64,000 nucleotides of DNA from Raja brachyura (Eukaryota), in contig OY740800.1 of assembly GCA_963514005.1 (NCBI GenBank), positions 32,178,001 through 32,242,000 on the forward strand, read 5' to 3'. Positions 22,628 through 35,990 of the stretch are shown here, piece by piece. A program made the translations under genes and the position numbers. The stretch's first letter is position 1. Every line of letters begins with the position of its first letter. The notes under the pieces were generated by a model, which was given only the letters and a program-made list of their open reading frames with translations, searched no databases and was not told where the DNA came from.

Positions 22628-24132
22628 CTGAAGAAGCAAAGAACTCAGAAAGAGTGTAAGAGAAAAATGTCAAATAGTATTTCAAAGTTAAATCCTTTTT
22701 GATCTGTGAAGTGACTAAACTCCAACCTCACGGCCTCATATGCTCAATTATATATTTATTAATAGACTTCTAATATTATTAATATTGCCGCTGAGACATT
22801 TAACTCAATTTTTTTGCCTCAGTTGCTGAAGGTGCAAGCTGATAACGAATTCCAATTTAAATGCATTTTTAAACTCTCCCTCCCCTGAACATTCAAAATG
22901 AAGGAATTAAACTTCTAATTTCTAATAGTTCATTTTTAAGATAATTGAGGGTGGAATTAATATTTATCCTGCAGTTAAAAAAAAGAATGTGTGATCGACG
23001 GTTCACATTCGGGGTGAGTTTGATTTCCACTTGTTGTGCAGATAGAGCAACTTGAGACGGTTCAAACCATATGAATGATGAAAGAGAACATGGACCTTCT
23101 GGGCTTTCAACGTTGGGTCTTCAGCAGCTTCACGAGACTCACGCTGGGAAGTTTGGACAAGGCTCCCACTCATTCATTGTTCTGTGGCATGCAGGCTGTG
23201 CCCAGTGGGGTTCTGCAGGAGTCAGTGCTTTAAACAAGCTACAATGACTTGGCTAAGGGATTGGATTGAAAGACTCAACATTGAAACAGGCCCCTTGGTC
23301 AACCGAGTCCACATCAACCATCGATCGCCGTTCACACTAATCTACGAAATCCGTAGGTCTTTGGGTGTGGGAGGAAATTGGAGCACCCGGAGGAAACCCA
23401 TGCGTTCACAGGGAGAACGTGCAAACTCCACAGACACATCTGAGTTTGGGACCACATCTGGGTCTCTGGCACTGAAAACATATGTACAAGTTTGTTGATG
23501 ATGCTAAACTCGGTAGGATTGTGAGTATAGGGAGGATAGGTGTCAGGATATGGAGAATAGGGTAGAAAGGCTTTAAGAGTAAGTGAGTAAGGACATTACA
23601 GACGGGATATGGAAAACTGTAAGGTCATCCATTTTGGTGCACAGAATGCAGACGTGGAGACAGAAATGAATATTAATATTACTCAATCTCTCACTATTTA
23701 ACAATAGTGAGATAGACTTAAAGGGCTGGATGGCCACCTGCGCTTCTGTTTCTTATAGTTTCACAGGTTCATCTGGAAATCTGTCTTGAACTGGTACTGC
23801 AGGTCCATCCCAGGGCACGTCAGGGTTCTCCCCACTACAGATGGATCACACATCCCACCACTTCAGATGGACCACAAGACCTTCCCAGGGGTTCGGCAGG
23901 ATCCCCTCTTGAGAACTGTTCAAAACCGAAACAGTTTGTCAGTCAGAAATGGGACCGCCCGGCGATACTTTTAAATAAAGACTGTAGTTGTTTAATGGTG
24001 AGTTTCACCCACCATTAAGATTTCCCTCCAAGATGCAATAGCATTGCCAAGTTCCCACACAGCAGAAGATGCCTACAGTCCCGCAGCATCCAGCAATTCC
24101 AACTCAATGGTCTCCCAAACACTGATTACTAC

Positions 24133-24182
24133 CTACAGCCGGTCCATAAGTCAGGTTGGACTGAAACATGAAGGGAGCAGGG
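24133..24182 (-). other. Candidate host exon (PAPFMFQSNLTYGPAV)
   Basis: TTTGCAG acceptor; TAG|GTAGTA donor; phase compatible with 22570-22627. Confidence 0.22.
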
Positions 24183-25509
24183 CTGCAAATTAATGCAAAA
24201 TGATAAGTAACTCCGTGGCCTGATAGAACAACATTCAGCGATGATCATCTGGGGGAAGCAAAGATTTTTGTAATGCTCCAGTTTTCTAAATAAAAGTGAC
24301 TGGTCATTAGGAAATAAAATAGATGCCATTTTACAAAGCTGCCAGTAAAGTGGAATAACTCCGACAGGGCCATTTGGCTATTTGCACTTGCATGCGATAT
24401 TAGTGCGTGTTCAAGAGTAAAATATTGCCGACACAGGACATCAGAACGAAAATTAAAAATGCTGGACATATTCAGAGGCCGGGTGACATCAAGTCAACAA
24501 TTTCTCATTCGAACTCAAAAGAGTGGAGCCGGTGTGAAGGTCGGGCTGGAGTTCGAGGATGGCACTGGCGATCGAGGGTGGGCCACATGGGTGCCGCAGA
24601 ATGGACACGCCACCGGGAACAAAGTGGGGGAACCGCCGTGAGGGGGGTGAGAGCAAAGGAGGACCCAGTGTGGGGAAACCGCAGAGAACAACGGAGGGAT
24701 CACAAATGGAATGTGTTACATAAAAAGCTGGAGAAACTCAGCGGGTGCAGCAGCATCTAAGGAGCGAAGGAGATAGGCGACGTTTCGGGTCGAGACCCTT
24801 CTTCAGTGTCTTCAGCATTGGAATGTGTTAAAATGGTTCAGGTGAAATGGAATACTTTGTAACTTTGTTGGCGACCTTTAAGTGGTGACCATGGGTATGC
24901 AAAACAAGGAATATCATGGTGACTTGTCACATGTGACAATAAAATATCATTCATTCTATAAAGTATCGTTCAAGTAAGAGTATAACAAGAAACAGAACAA
25001 ATAACAGATTCTCCAAACACAAGGGAAAACTGAAAGATCAGGCAAGGCCTCAATTTAACATCTCACCTGCAAGACACAATCTCTAATAACATTGGACTCA
25101 TTCTATAATGGATTGGAGTGATAGATCATGGTGCCAAAGAACCTGGAGTGGGATTTGGTCCAGAATCTTCTGACTCAGCCAGACTGCAACAACAATGCGA
25201 CAGCTGGCAAAGACACAAAAGCGCAACCATTGAACCACATTTATCTGCCATATGTACAAATTGAGAGTGACTTTTCGCAAGTTGAGGACAGGACTTCACA
25301 GAGGCTTGTCATTTAAACACTGCCTCTTAGTGTATCCACTGTATCAGAAGATGTCAGTTTGGTTTCAGAGCATCCAAAGCAGCTACAACTGATGTGTACT
25401 TTCTCCATACAGTCTCTCCGGCTAGGAGGAGAAGATCAAAGTTGTGAGGCACTGACACCAACTCAAGCCGTTCCATTCAATATTAATGCAAAAGATTGTG
25501 CTCTTCTTG

Positions 25510-27030
25510 GTGGACCTTCTACCGATGCGCCGTAGAAAGCATTTTATCGCGATGCATCACAGACATAGTTTGGGAACAGCTCCCTCCAAGACCCCGAGAG
25601 ATTGTAGAGACTTGTGGACGCAGCCCAGACCATCACATAAACCAACCATCCTTCCATTGATGCCATTTACACCTCACGCTGCCTCGGCAAGGCCACCAGC
25701 ATAATCAGGATGAGTCATACCGTGGCCATTCCCTCTTCTCCCCTCTCCCATCAGGCAAAAGTTATAGAAGTGTGAACACACACACCTCCAAATTCAGGGC
25801 AGACTAGAGCAGACTACCAACAACTAGAGAGCAGTCCTGCGCTACCATCTACCTCATTGGAGACCCTCGGACTATCTTTGATCGGACTTTACTGGACTTT
25901 ACCTTACACTAACCGTTATTCACGTTCAAATTGAATTGAATTGAATTTTATTATTTGTCATTCAGACCTTTCGGTCTGAACGAAATTTCATTGCCTTGCA
26001 GTCATACATATAATAAAAATGACAAAAACACACAATAAACACAAATTTAACATCCACCCACAGTGAGTTCACCAAACATCTCCTCACTGTGATGGAAGGC
26101 AAATCTGAAAGTCTCTGTCTCTTCCCTCTTTGTTCTCCCTCTGCGCCGAGTCGATCCAGGCTTCAGATGTTGTGACCCCACCGGGTGATGGTATGTAAGT
26201 CCCACGGCTCAACCGTGCTCCGCGAACGGGCCAGTTCAAACTCCACGACCTGGGGTGGTTGAAGCTGCCGCCCTCCAGACCAGTGGACAAAGTCGTTGTT
26301 GCAGGAGCTCCAAAAAACAGGTCACCAACCTGTGACCTGTGAGCTCCCGACAATGTCGTCCACTGGGCCCGCGGCCGAGCCTCCGAGGTAGGGCTACCGC
26401 CGGAACGCCGCTGCCGCCGCCACATCTCCAAGGCCAAGTCGAGTCGCCACTGCTGCTGCCGCCGCCATAATTCCAAGGTCGTGTCGGGTCGCCGCTACCG
26501 CTACCGTTGCCGCCGCCACAGCTCCAAGGCCAAGTCGGGTCGCCACTGCTGCCGCCGCAACTCCGAGGCCTAGTCGTGTCGCCACTGCCACTGCCATAGT
26601 TCCAAGGCCGTGTCAGGTCGCCGTTATCGCTGCCGCTGCCGCCACCACCGCAATTCCGAGGCCGGGTCGGGCCGCCGCTGCCGCTGCCACCGGAACGCCA
26701 CCACAGCTCCAAGGCAGAGTCGGGTCGGGTCGCTGCTGCCACTGCCGCCAGAACGCTGCCACAGCTCCGATGTCGAGTCGCCGGAACACCGCTACAGCCC
26801 CGAGGCTGCCAGCTCTGCCATCACGCCACGTTATTCCCTTTATCATGTATCTGTACACTGTGGATGGCTCGATTGTAATCATGTATTGTATTTCCACTGA
26901 CTGGTTGGCGCACACCAAAAGCTTACTCCAGCTTGTGTCCATCTTTGGTTTAAACCAGCATCTACAATTACTTCCTACACAAAAGCTTTTCACTGTACCT
27001 CGGTACACGTGACATTAAGCTACACTAAAC
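25510..27030 (+). mobile_element. Degenerate Rex1-like 3' fragment interrupted by the VNTR element
   Basis: CCCCTCTCCCATCAGGCAAAAG..AGAAGTGTGAA; its 3' UTR is also seen uninterrupted at 18210-18455. Confidence 0.65.
25927..26826 (-). mobile_element. VNTR-containing non-autonomous retroelement, 5'-truncated, expanded VNTR
   Basis: Homologous to 18533-19190; CACGTT duplicated at 25921-25926 and 26827-26832. Confidence 0.75.
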
Positions 27031-27811
27031 TCCATCCATTGGCACTTACTTGACGTTTAGGAGGTCCCAGTCTCAGGCTCTTTCCTTACAACCAGTGAGA
27101 CAGCCCGCGATGAATGGTGCAGACCATACCTCCTTCAGGGGCTAACATACGAGGGGAATAAGAAAAAAAAACTGTTGGAGGATAAAGCAAAATGCAATCA
27201 AGGATATTGACCAAGGATGACAATGTTACCTCAAGGACATGAACGATGTGCTTTTTACACTGCGCATTTGAATAAAAGGATTATTAGAAATCTTGTGAAG
27301 TAGCAAGACTTATTGCTTCAATTATGGTAATTTTCCATTCAAATTATTCTAATCCAGTTGAACGGGTTTGAAACGAGAGAATGAAGAGACAAAAAAAAAA
27401 GAGAATCTGATGTGAATTAAGTGGTGGGAAATGTTTCTGAAACAGTTAATTTCACAATCGATATTCCTCTCAAAAATTAAATGAAATGTTCAGGGAAAAG
27501 AATTTGTGTTTGTTAAACATCATTGATCTTAATGATATTTGAAATTGTCTTGAAGGAGACTTCATGTCCAACTCCGTAAGGGAGTTATTAAGGGAGTTAG
27601 GTTGACCCCACGAAGATTTACACTCCTAGTAGAAATAAAGCACTGCAGATGCTGGTTAATACACCAAAGAACACAAAGTGCTGGAGAAACTCTCAGGTCA
27701 GGCAGCATCTCTGGACAACATGGATGGGTGATGTTTTGGGTTGAAATCCTTCAATCCCGCTGTTCGGACTGGATTACTGCTGTATTGTCCACACCATGTG
27801 ATAGGTGCACA

Positions 27812-28122
27812 GGGCGGCATGGTGGCACAGTGGTAGAGTTGCTGCCTTACAGCACCAGAAACCCGGGTTCAATCCTGACCAGAGGTGCTGTCTGAACGGA
27901 GTTTGTACGTTACCCCATGAAGTGCATGGGTATTTCTTTGGGTGCTCCCGTTTCCTCCCACACTCTAAAGACAAACAGGTTTGTAGGTTAATTGGCTTGG
28001 TAAAATTGTAAATGATCCCTAGTGTGTGTAGGATTGTGTTAGTGTGCGGAGATCCCTGGTGAGTGGGGACTCAGTCGGCCAAAGGGCCTGTTTCCATGCT
28101 GTTTCTCTAAACTAAACTAAAC
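27812..28122 (+). mobile_element. HE1-like SINE, full length
   Basis: tRNA head, V-domain, (CTAAA)n tail. Confidence 0.85.
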
Positions 28123-29906
28123 CATGAATTCATTAAAGGGCAGAGAAGATTTAAGGACCTGGTTGCCCACTCCTAAATCTCACGCTCGTATGTTGTTGTC
28201 CATTTGTTAGGACAAGCAATTACGATTGAAACGAGCACTGTAACTAAATGTTAAGGGAGCAGAGTCTTGCCATAGTGTTGCAATTACAAATTACATTTTG
28301 CATAAATGAGGATCGATAGTACATTAAGAAACATGTCCTTTGTGATCAAATTTCTGGCCCATTAAGTGGCAAAAATCAATGGGGAATATATTTCTAAATC
28401 TCCCATGTCTAAAATGTCCTGCTGGTGTAACTCGAGTTATCAAAGGAAGGATTGAATGGTCAGATTTGCTCTCAGATAAAGATTCTATTCTCTCTTAAAA
28501 TAATAGACTGGAGGGCAACTTGGGAACAACTCCAAGGATGGAGACACCAGATGCAAGGTTTAACCTTGGAGTTTTGACTGAACGGCAAAATGAAGACATA
28601 AGCCAGTGGTAAGTAGACCATAGTTCTGCAGCTAGTTGTCCCAAACTCTAGATACCCTCGTTCTTTCCCGACCTTGGATGCTTGCACATTCTCCCTATGA
28701 CGACATAGGTTCACAAGTTCTAGGAGGTGAATTAGGCCATTCTGCCCATCCAGTCTACTTTGCCATTCAATCATGGCTGATCTCTGCCTCCTAATCCCAC
28801 TTTCCTGCCTTCTCCCCATGACCCTTGGCACCCGTTCTAATCAAGAATTTGTCCATCTCTGCCTCTCTGCTGGGTTTCCTCCAGCTGCTCGGATCTCCTT
28901 CCACATCATAAAGATGGGTGAGTTAATTGGCTGCATTAAATTGTCGCTAGTGTGTGAGGGTGAGTGGGTGAATCTGGGGGTTGATGAGAATATGAGGGGG
29001 GACAAAGTGGGAGCAGCGTAGTATTAGCGGGCATAGGCATGATAATCAGTGCACATTTCATGGGCTGAAATACCTGCTTCTAGCTGTACAACTCTATTAA
29101 ACCTAATGTAATATATGTAGGAACTCAGCAGACTTTCTTTGTGTCTCATATTATATGGAACGATCGATTAGAAATAATCTTCTTGCTTTTATTAGCAGAA
29201 TCCATGAACCAACCCCTTGGATTTCTCTGAACCTGGTGTCAGGTGTATATCCAGACACAGTGAGAAGGTGCCAATGTAAGTAGAGAAGGCAGTGACGAAC
29301 GAGAATAATTAGCTGACTTGACAAATGAAGATTAGCTTCTTTTCTCTCTGGATCCCGAAGCAGGATTGTAGCTACTGCCGGTGTCCGTTTCAGGATCGCT
29401 TGTTAAACAGAAACAACCCGGGTAAAGTGTCGCTCTTTGAAGCACAGGACCCAGAAAATGGTGGCACTCATCAGGACTTTATCCAGCTCATCAGTGTCTC
29501 CCAGTTTTTTAAGCAGCGTGTTTTTCATTTGACAATCACCTTCCTTCCTGCGCTTTGTGACAATTATAATGTTTGAAAGTAGCGACGCAGCAAAGTCACG
29601 ACTAGCAATGTGACAATGGACACCTCACCTGTGGTATCAGACCATTTACTGATCAATATAACTCACATTTCGGAACAGGTCTCTATTCCCGACTCAAAAT
29701 AGGCCCGTGAGTTTCTTTACATCTCCTGGGAGTTCAACTGAGTTTCTCCCTTCCATCCTTTGAGTTCTCCTCGATAGGACAAAGCTTCTGTCAATGGCAG
29801 GCTGCACAGTCTCAACCCCAGCCTAGGTAATAGATACAAACCCACTCCCTACAAGTCTAGTGTACATAACGTCACCTGAAGCCACCCTGTTCTCACATGT
29901 TCATCC

Positions 29907-30589
29907 TTTTTTTTTTAAATCAAAAATATTTATTCAAACATTAAAATAGTATTTACAACACAATAAAACAAAACAGAACCCACCCCCATAGTACAAGACA
30001 AAACAAATATACCAAGTAAACTACTAGACAACTATATTGCAATCCTTGTCCAGGACACATTCAACCCCCCTCAACGTGTCCAACAGTTCCAGAAATCCCC
30101 CAGGGTGCTGGAGAGGGACAGCGCGTAGTCCAGTACCACTTGGCCATGGACATAACCCCGGAAAAGGGGCAGGCAGCTGGCTCTGCAGAGCCCTCTTCCA
30201 CCTGGCACTGTGACTTGCGGATGGCCAACTTGGCCAGGCCCAGGAGCAGCCCAACCAGGACATCGTCAGTCCTACCCTCTCCCCTACAAACAGGGTGTCC
30301 AAAGATGAGGATGGTGGGTGTAAAATGCAGCCAGAAGGCATGGAGCAACCCCTTTAGGTATTGGAACAGTGGCTGCAGCCTCACACACTCCACATACATG
30401 TGGTACGCAGATTCTTCCGGTCCACAAAAGTGGCAGGCGGCTGGCGAGTCTGTGAACCGCGAGAGAAACAGGTTGTAGGGAACTGCTCGGTGCAATACCC
30501 TCCACCCCAGGTCCCCAATGTGGAGGGGGAGAATCCCTGGCCCACCGGAGGCGAGGAAGTGCAGGGTGTGGAGAAGCCCGTACAGGATA
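29907..30589 (-). mobile_element. Tx1/L1-clade LINE 3' fragment
   Basis: DLGWRVLH..CHFCG.EES..H...EC (CCHC finger); AATAAA and poly(A); TSD CACATGTTCAYCC at 29894-29906 and 30590-30602. Confidence 0.88.
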
Positions 30590-31079
30590 CACATGTTCAC
30601 CCTGGTGGTGGAATGACCTTCTACAGATAAATGCCATCACACAAGAGGACAGGAACTAGCCTTAACAAAGTTACAGCCAAAAAAATGTTGTTTTTAACTA
30701 ACCCATGGCAGAGATATTCAAAAAATATTGAAATCAATAAGCTATTAACACATTTTAACTAAAAACAAACTGGAACACTTAAATCATATTAGCGCACTAA
30801 TTAACAATTTAAAATATTTAACAAAATTATTTCATCTGAGAAATGTAAAATTATCTGAGACCTGCCTTGTTCCTCCACGGCTATTCCTCTCCATCAAAAT
30901 GGGTAGACTTCTTGTGCCTTTTTCAGATTTAACCTGGTACACGTTCAGGAGGAATGTCCTGTGGTGAAGGTGTTAGGCAACAGCAATCAGTTTCCATTCC
31001 ACCAATGGATTCAATGAGCAGTTCAGTGCTAGAGGACAGCTGGGACATTGGCACAAAGAGCTATCAAAGATATTTTGGA

Positions 31080-31336
31080 ATTTAGTTTTAGTTTAGTTCT
31101 AGAGATAGCGTGCGGAAACAGGCCCTTCGGCCCACTGAGTCCACACCGACCTGTAATCCCCACACATTACCACTATCTTGTGCACACTCGGGACAGTTTT
31201 ACATTTATACCATGCCAGTGCGGGAGGAAACCGAAGATCGGAGAAAACCCACGCAGGTCACGGGGAGAACGTACAAATTCCGTACAGACAGCACGCGTAG
31301 CAGAATGCTGCAACTCTACCGCTGCGCCACCGTGCC
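31080..31336 (-). mobile_element. HE1-like SINE
   Basis: Reverse match to the SINE family. Confidence 0.8.
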
Positions 31337-31584
31337 TTACTGGCATTTCTCCATAATCTCCAATCCAGCACCTTGGAAACCGATCAAATCAGTATCTGGG
31401 AAGACCTTAATTTATGTAAGCTCTCTTTCAATTCACACTGGAGTCAAGGTCTAATGGGTCCAATCTGTACTTCCTCAAAGGCCAATATATCTTTCCTAAG
31501 ATGTGGAACTCAAAACTGTCCATAGCAACATGAAATATAACCTTGTCTTCAGATAGCTATGTTACTTTTTAACACTTTCCAATA

Positions 31585-32279
31585 GTTCAAGTTCAAGTTC
31601 ACATTTATTGTTCCATGCACCATTAAGGTATAGTGATATTTGAGTTACCATACAGCCATACAAGTAAAAAGAACGCAATACACAATAAAATTAACATCCA
31701 CATCCACATTGATGGAAGGCAATAAAGTCCAGTCATCTTCCACTTTGTTCACCCATGGTGGTCGGGGCCTTTGAACGGGACCATTGCTGACGGTCCGTTG
31801 TTCTAGCCCTCTCGTCGGGATGATCGAAACTCCGGCGCCGGGACGGATCGGAACACTCCGCAGCATGGAGCTCCCGCGTCATCCGCTTCTCACCGGAGAC
31901 CGCGGCTTCACAGTGTTGAAGTCCACAGGCCCGCGGTCATAGCACTTCCACAGCGATCCTCAGCAAAGGATCGCCTACTCCGCGGTGGTAAGTCCACGCC
32001 GGGCTTGCGGCTTGAAGCTCCGGGCCGGTCTCCAGGAAAGACCGCACCAATCCAGTTGTTAGGCCACAGGGGGAGATGGAGACATGACATGGAGAAATAT
32101 CACATCTCCGTCGTGGTAAGCGACTGAAAACGGTTTCCCCCTACTCCCCCCCCCCCCCCCACCCTCCATAAAAACATACCGAGAAACATTAAAACATACA
32201 TTTTAGACACTAAAAATAACAAAAAAAGCTGAAATTACACATAGGCTGCTGGTGAGGCTGTCATCTTGGCGCCACCAGG
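31585..32279 (-). mobile_element. GC-rich non-autonomous retroelement related to the 18533 family
   Basis: Shared ACACAATAAA..TTAACATCCAC..GATGGAAGGCAA segment; AATAAA and (TTGAAC)n tail; 5' GGCGCCAAGATGAC. Confidence 0.6.
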
Positions 32280-32314
32280 TGATGAATAATATTCTCTATT
32301 ATTCCATGTGATCG

Positions 32315-32737
32315 GAGTGCAGGTAAATAGTTCCTTGAAAGTAGCGTCTCCGGGAGATAGAATGGTTAAAAAAAAGCTTTCAATACATTAGCCTTCATCA
32401 GTCAGGATATTGAATATAGAAGTTGGGTTGCTATGTTACAGTTGTACAAGACATTCATGAGGCTGCATTTGGAGTATTATGTTCAGTTTTGGTCACCTTG
32501 TCATGGGAAGGATGTTGTAAAGCTGGAAAGTGTGCAGAGAAGATTTACGAGGATTTTGCCCGGACTTGAGGTCCTGAGCTATGGCGAGAGGTTGGACAGC
32601 CTTGGACGATATTCTTCATTCCAGGATGAGAGGTGATCTTAGAGAGGTGTACAAGGGGATAGAGAGAGTGAATGCACAGAGTCTTTTACCCAGAGTAGGG
32701 GAATTAAGAACCAGACGACATGGGTTTAAGGTGAGAG
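32315..32737 (+). mobile_element. CR1 LINE ORF2 fragment
   Basis: MLQLYKT..R.HLEY.VQFWSP..KLESVQRRFTR. Confidence 0.82.
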
Positions 32738-32739
32738 GA

Positions 32740-32975
32740 TTAACACTATCCTACACACACGAGGGACAATTTACACATACGCCAAGCCAGTTAACCTACA
32801 TACCTGTACATCTTTGGAGTGTGGGAGGAAAACGAAGATCTTGGAGGAAATCCATGCAGTCACGGGGAGAACGTTCAAACTCCGTACAGACAGCACCCAT
32901 ATTCAGGATCGAACCCGGGTCTCCGGCGCTTCAAGCCCTGTAAGGCAGCAACTCTACCGCTGCGCCACTGTGCCG
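32740..32975 (-). mobile_element. HE1-like SINE (3' truncated)
   Basis: V-domain and tRNA head in reverse. Confidence 0.8.
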
Positions 32976-34062
32976 CATTAGGATCGTATCGCATTAGGAT
33001 TGCATTAGGATTCGATGCCTTGCCTATTTTCCTATTAAGTGATAGTGTAAATGTCTCTTAAACAATAGCAATAGTGTCTGATTTGACACCCTCCTCTGGC
33101 AGAGCATTCCATAATATATCTACCACTCTTTGCTAAAATAACGTACCCTTCAGAATCCCTTTGGAACTCCTTCTGCTACATTAAGCCTATAGTGATGAAT
33201 GCGTATTTTCAGAAGGCTTTTGACAGGATGCCACGTAAGACGCTTATCACCAAACATGAAGCAATTGACATTAAAGGAACATTGTTAGCGTGGGCATGAA
33301 GTTGACTCAGTAATAGACCAGAGAGGGCAAGAGGGCATGGTTGTTTCCCAGACTAGTAAACATAGAAACATAGAAAATAGATGCAGGAGTAGGCCATTCA
33401 GCTCTTCGAGCCAGCACTGCCATTCAGTATGATCATGGCTAATCATTCAAAATTTGTCTACCATCAGTAACCAGTTCCTGCTTTCTTCTCATATCCCTTG
33501 ATTCCATTATCCCTAAGAGCTATATCCAACTCTCTTTTGAATACGTCCAATGAATTGGCCTCCACTGCCTTCAGTGGCAGAGAACTCCACTTTCCTGTAA
33601 CAGGTAAAATTGTAATGGGGCACTTCAAAGAATTAGCAGGTTTGGTGGAGGTGGATAGCGCGTTCCACTGGGATCAATGTTGGGACCACTGCTCTCTTGA
33701 TCTATAATATTGGCTGACGCGAGGATACAAGCACAATTTCTTAATCTGCAGATGACCCAAAACTTGGCAGCATTGGGAACTGTGAGGAGGACAGCGATAC
33801 GTGACAGTGGAATACCTTCTGGCTGGTGAAATGATCCATGGCAGATCCGTGGCAGCTTAAGTAGATGCAGAGAAATGTGATGTTTTCGGTTGGGAAAAAC
33901 AAGGAGAGGCAACCATAGAAAGTAGCAGGCATTTTGAGAAAGTGGTTACAAAGTCAAACGCAATTCTGGGCATTATCAATAGAGGCAGAGTATAATGAGA
34001 GCAGTCATGCTGTACTATTATAAAACATTAGTCTGGCCTAGTCTGGACTTTTCTGTTCAATA

Positions 34063-34401
34063 CCGGAGGTTGCAGGTAGTGGAAGGTAAGACCTCCCTGG
34101 TGGAATAAAACTGAGTGTAAAAAAGGTCTTACCTTCCACTACCTGCAACCTCCGGCAACCACCTTCAACTAGCATCGCAACCGGCTTCAACTAAAAAATT
34201 ACCGATTTTTAAAACGTCAACCTAATTTTAGTCGCGGCCGGTTTTGAATCTTTTGAAATAATCGCCGGAACATAGAAGAAGCGGAAACCACTTTCGACCA
34301 TTAGGGAGACTGACAAAAACCTCCGGGAACCGCACGGAAACCTTGGTGGGGCGCAAAGTCTCCAGAGGTTTCCGTTCAGGTTTCCTAAGTGGGACAGGGG
34401 C
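34063..34401. mobile_element. Harbinger-type remnant (right TIR only) with internal hairpin
   Basis: Ends AAGTGGGACAGGGGCA-TAA; perfect 31-bp inverted repeat 34063-34093 / 34125-34155. Confidence 0.65.
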
Positions 34402-35990
34402 ATAATGAAGGTTTAAAATCAATGCGTTAGACCAAAAAAAGTTTTTTTTTTGGTGGCTTATTTGAGGAAAAAACTCTATAATTTGAAAGTGCGACAAAAA
34501 TTTGATTTTGCACTCATAAATGTTATATTTCACAGTGCTGTTCATCGTAAAAATTGGACGGATATGGCTGAATCCAATGGGCAACCTGGAAAAAGAAGAG
34601 GAAACAATAAATTAAATTCTCTAAAAGATTCCGCCAAACATATTTTTCCCCATAGTAGAGATGTTCATCTATGTGAACCAACATTCAAAGTTGCAAACAT
34701 TTAAGTTTTATAATCGGGTTTCCAAAAACTTCAGAGTAGACACTCACCTGACCGCAATACCAATAATAATTAAAATACATAACCTGGTTAGTCATCTGAA
34801 TGAACGAGAGCTAGAACACAAGAGTGCAATGTAAAGGTAGATAATCAATGGGGAATGTTCAGTGATCCACAGATCATTCACCTCTACTCTTGGTCTTCTC
34901 ACCCCCAGAGTGAGCACTTTCATCAATTTCAACTTTTCCTGCTGATAGTTTGTTGGTTTGATATCTAGGTGCCTCATTAAGGAGAGAGGAGAGATGAAGG
35001 CTTCTTGTGTACAGGCAAATGCACAGAGGGAGAGGATGAGGGGAGGGGAGGAAGGAGTGCTGGTCGGGGTGCCCCATCACTTAACCAGGCCCCTTGTCAA
35101 CCCCCACAGAATGTGGAACCACATTAACTGTCACCTTAATGCCTCCTAATTGTATGATTTAACACCCAGCTGCATCCAATCCCGAATTCTCAGCTCGATT
35201 TCTCATTCTTCAATTAACCCCATAATTATCACATTGGGACAGTTGTGCACTCTCTAATGGATCAATAAATATACCCTGACCTACATATCCTAGAGGGTTA
35301 CAGCACCTTTTTTTAAAACTCAGTTTTGAATTAGTGGGCTGGGAGAGGGACAACAGCTTCAACTCTCTAGAGATGCAAGGCTTTGTCTCTGGACTCATTC
35401 CGGAGGCCAAATTGGGAATTTTGTAAGAAACATTCAGGCCTTGTCAGGAGGGGGATGGAGTTGCAACTTTATCTATTCTATTGATCTGTAATCTTCCCCA
35501 CGGTTTCCTTTGACCCTCTTTATCTTGTGAGCCACTGATTGCCAAGAGTGTGTGATTCCATCTCTGCCTCCTGCTTGCTCACTCTGGGATTTATCAATCT
35601 TAAGCAAAAATGTTATTCTGCTTACAGTGCATGTTAAGGGACGTTAAGTGCATGTTTGGTTTCTTTATGGAGATAATAAATCGAAAGGATTAACAAAGCC
35701 CCAGCAAAAGCACTGTTGGTCAGAAACATGAACAAAATATCAAAGAATGAGATGAAAGGCAAAGTATTATACAAAAAATGTAGTCAGAGAGAGAAAGAGG
35801 GAACAGAGTATTGATTTTGGATGATCAGCCATGATCATATTGAATGGTGGTGCCAGCTCGAAGGGCCGAATGGCCTACTCCTGCACCTATTTTCCATGTT
35901 TATTTTAATTTGTGGAACTCATTGCCACAGAAGGCAAGGAAGGCGTAGTCAGTCGATATTTTTAAGGCAGAGATAGACAAATTTGTGATT

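Noticed and set aside
25068-25143. Exon ending in CAG|GTGAG on the minus strand
   Set aside because: Lies in a degenerate Deu-SINE-like remnant, with stops in all frames from the best acceptor.
26084-27012. Gly/Ala/Arg-rich ORFs on both strands (also 18825-19335)
   Set aside because: By-product of the stop-poor GC-rich VNTR, which is open in most frames.
28507-28608. Plus-strand exon-like segment with GTAAGT donor
   Set aside because: Poor pyrimidine tract, unrecognised peptide and no consistent plus-strand gene model.
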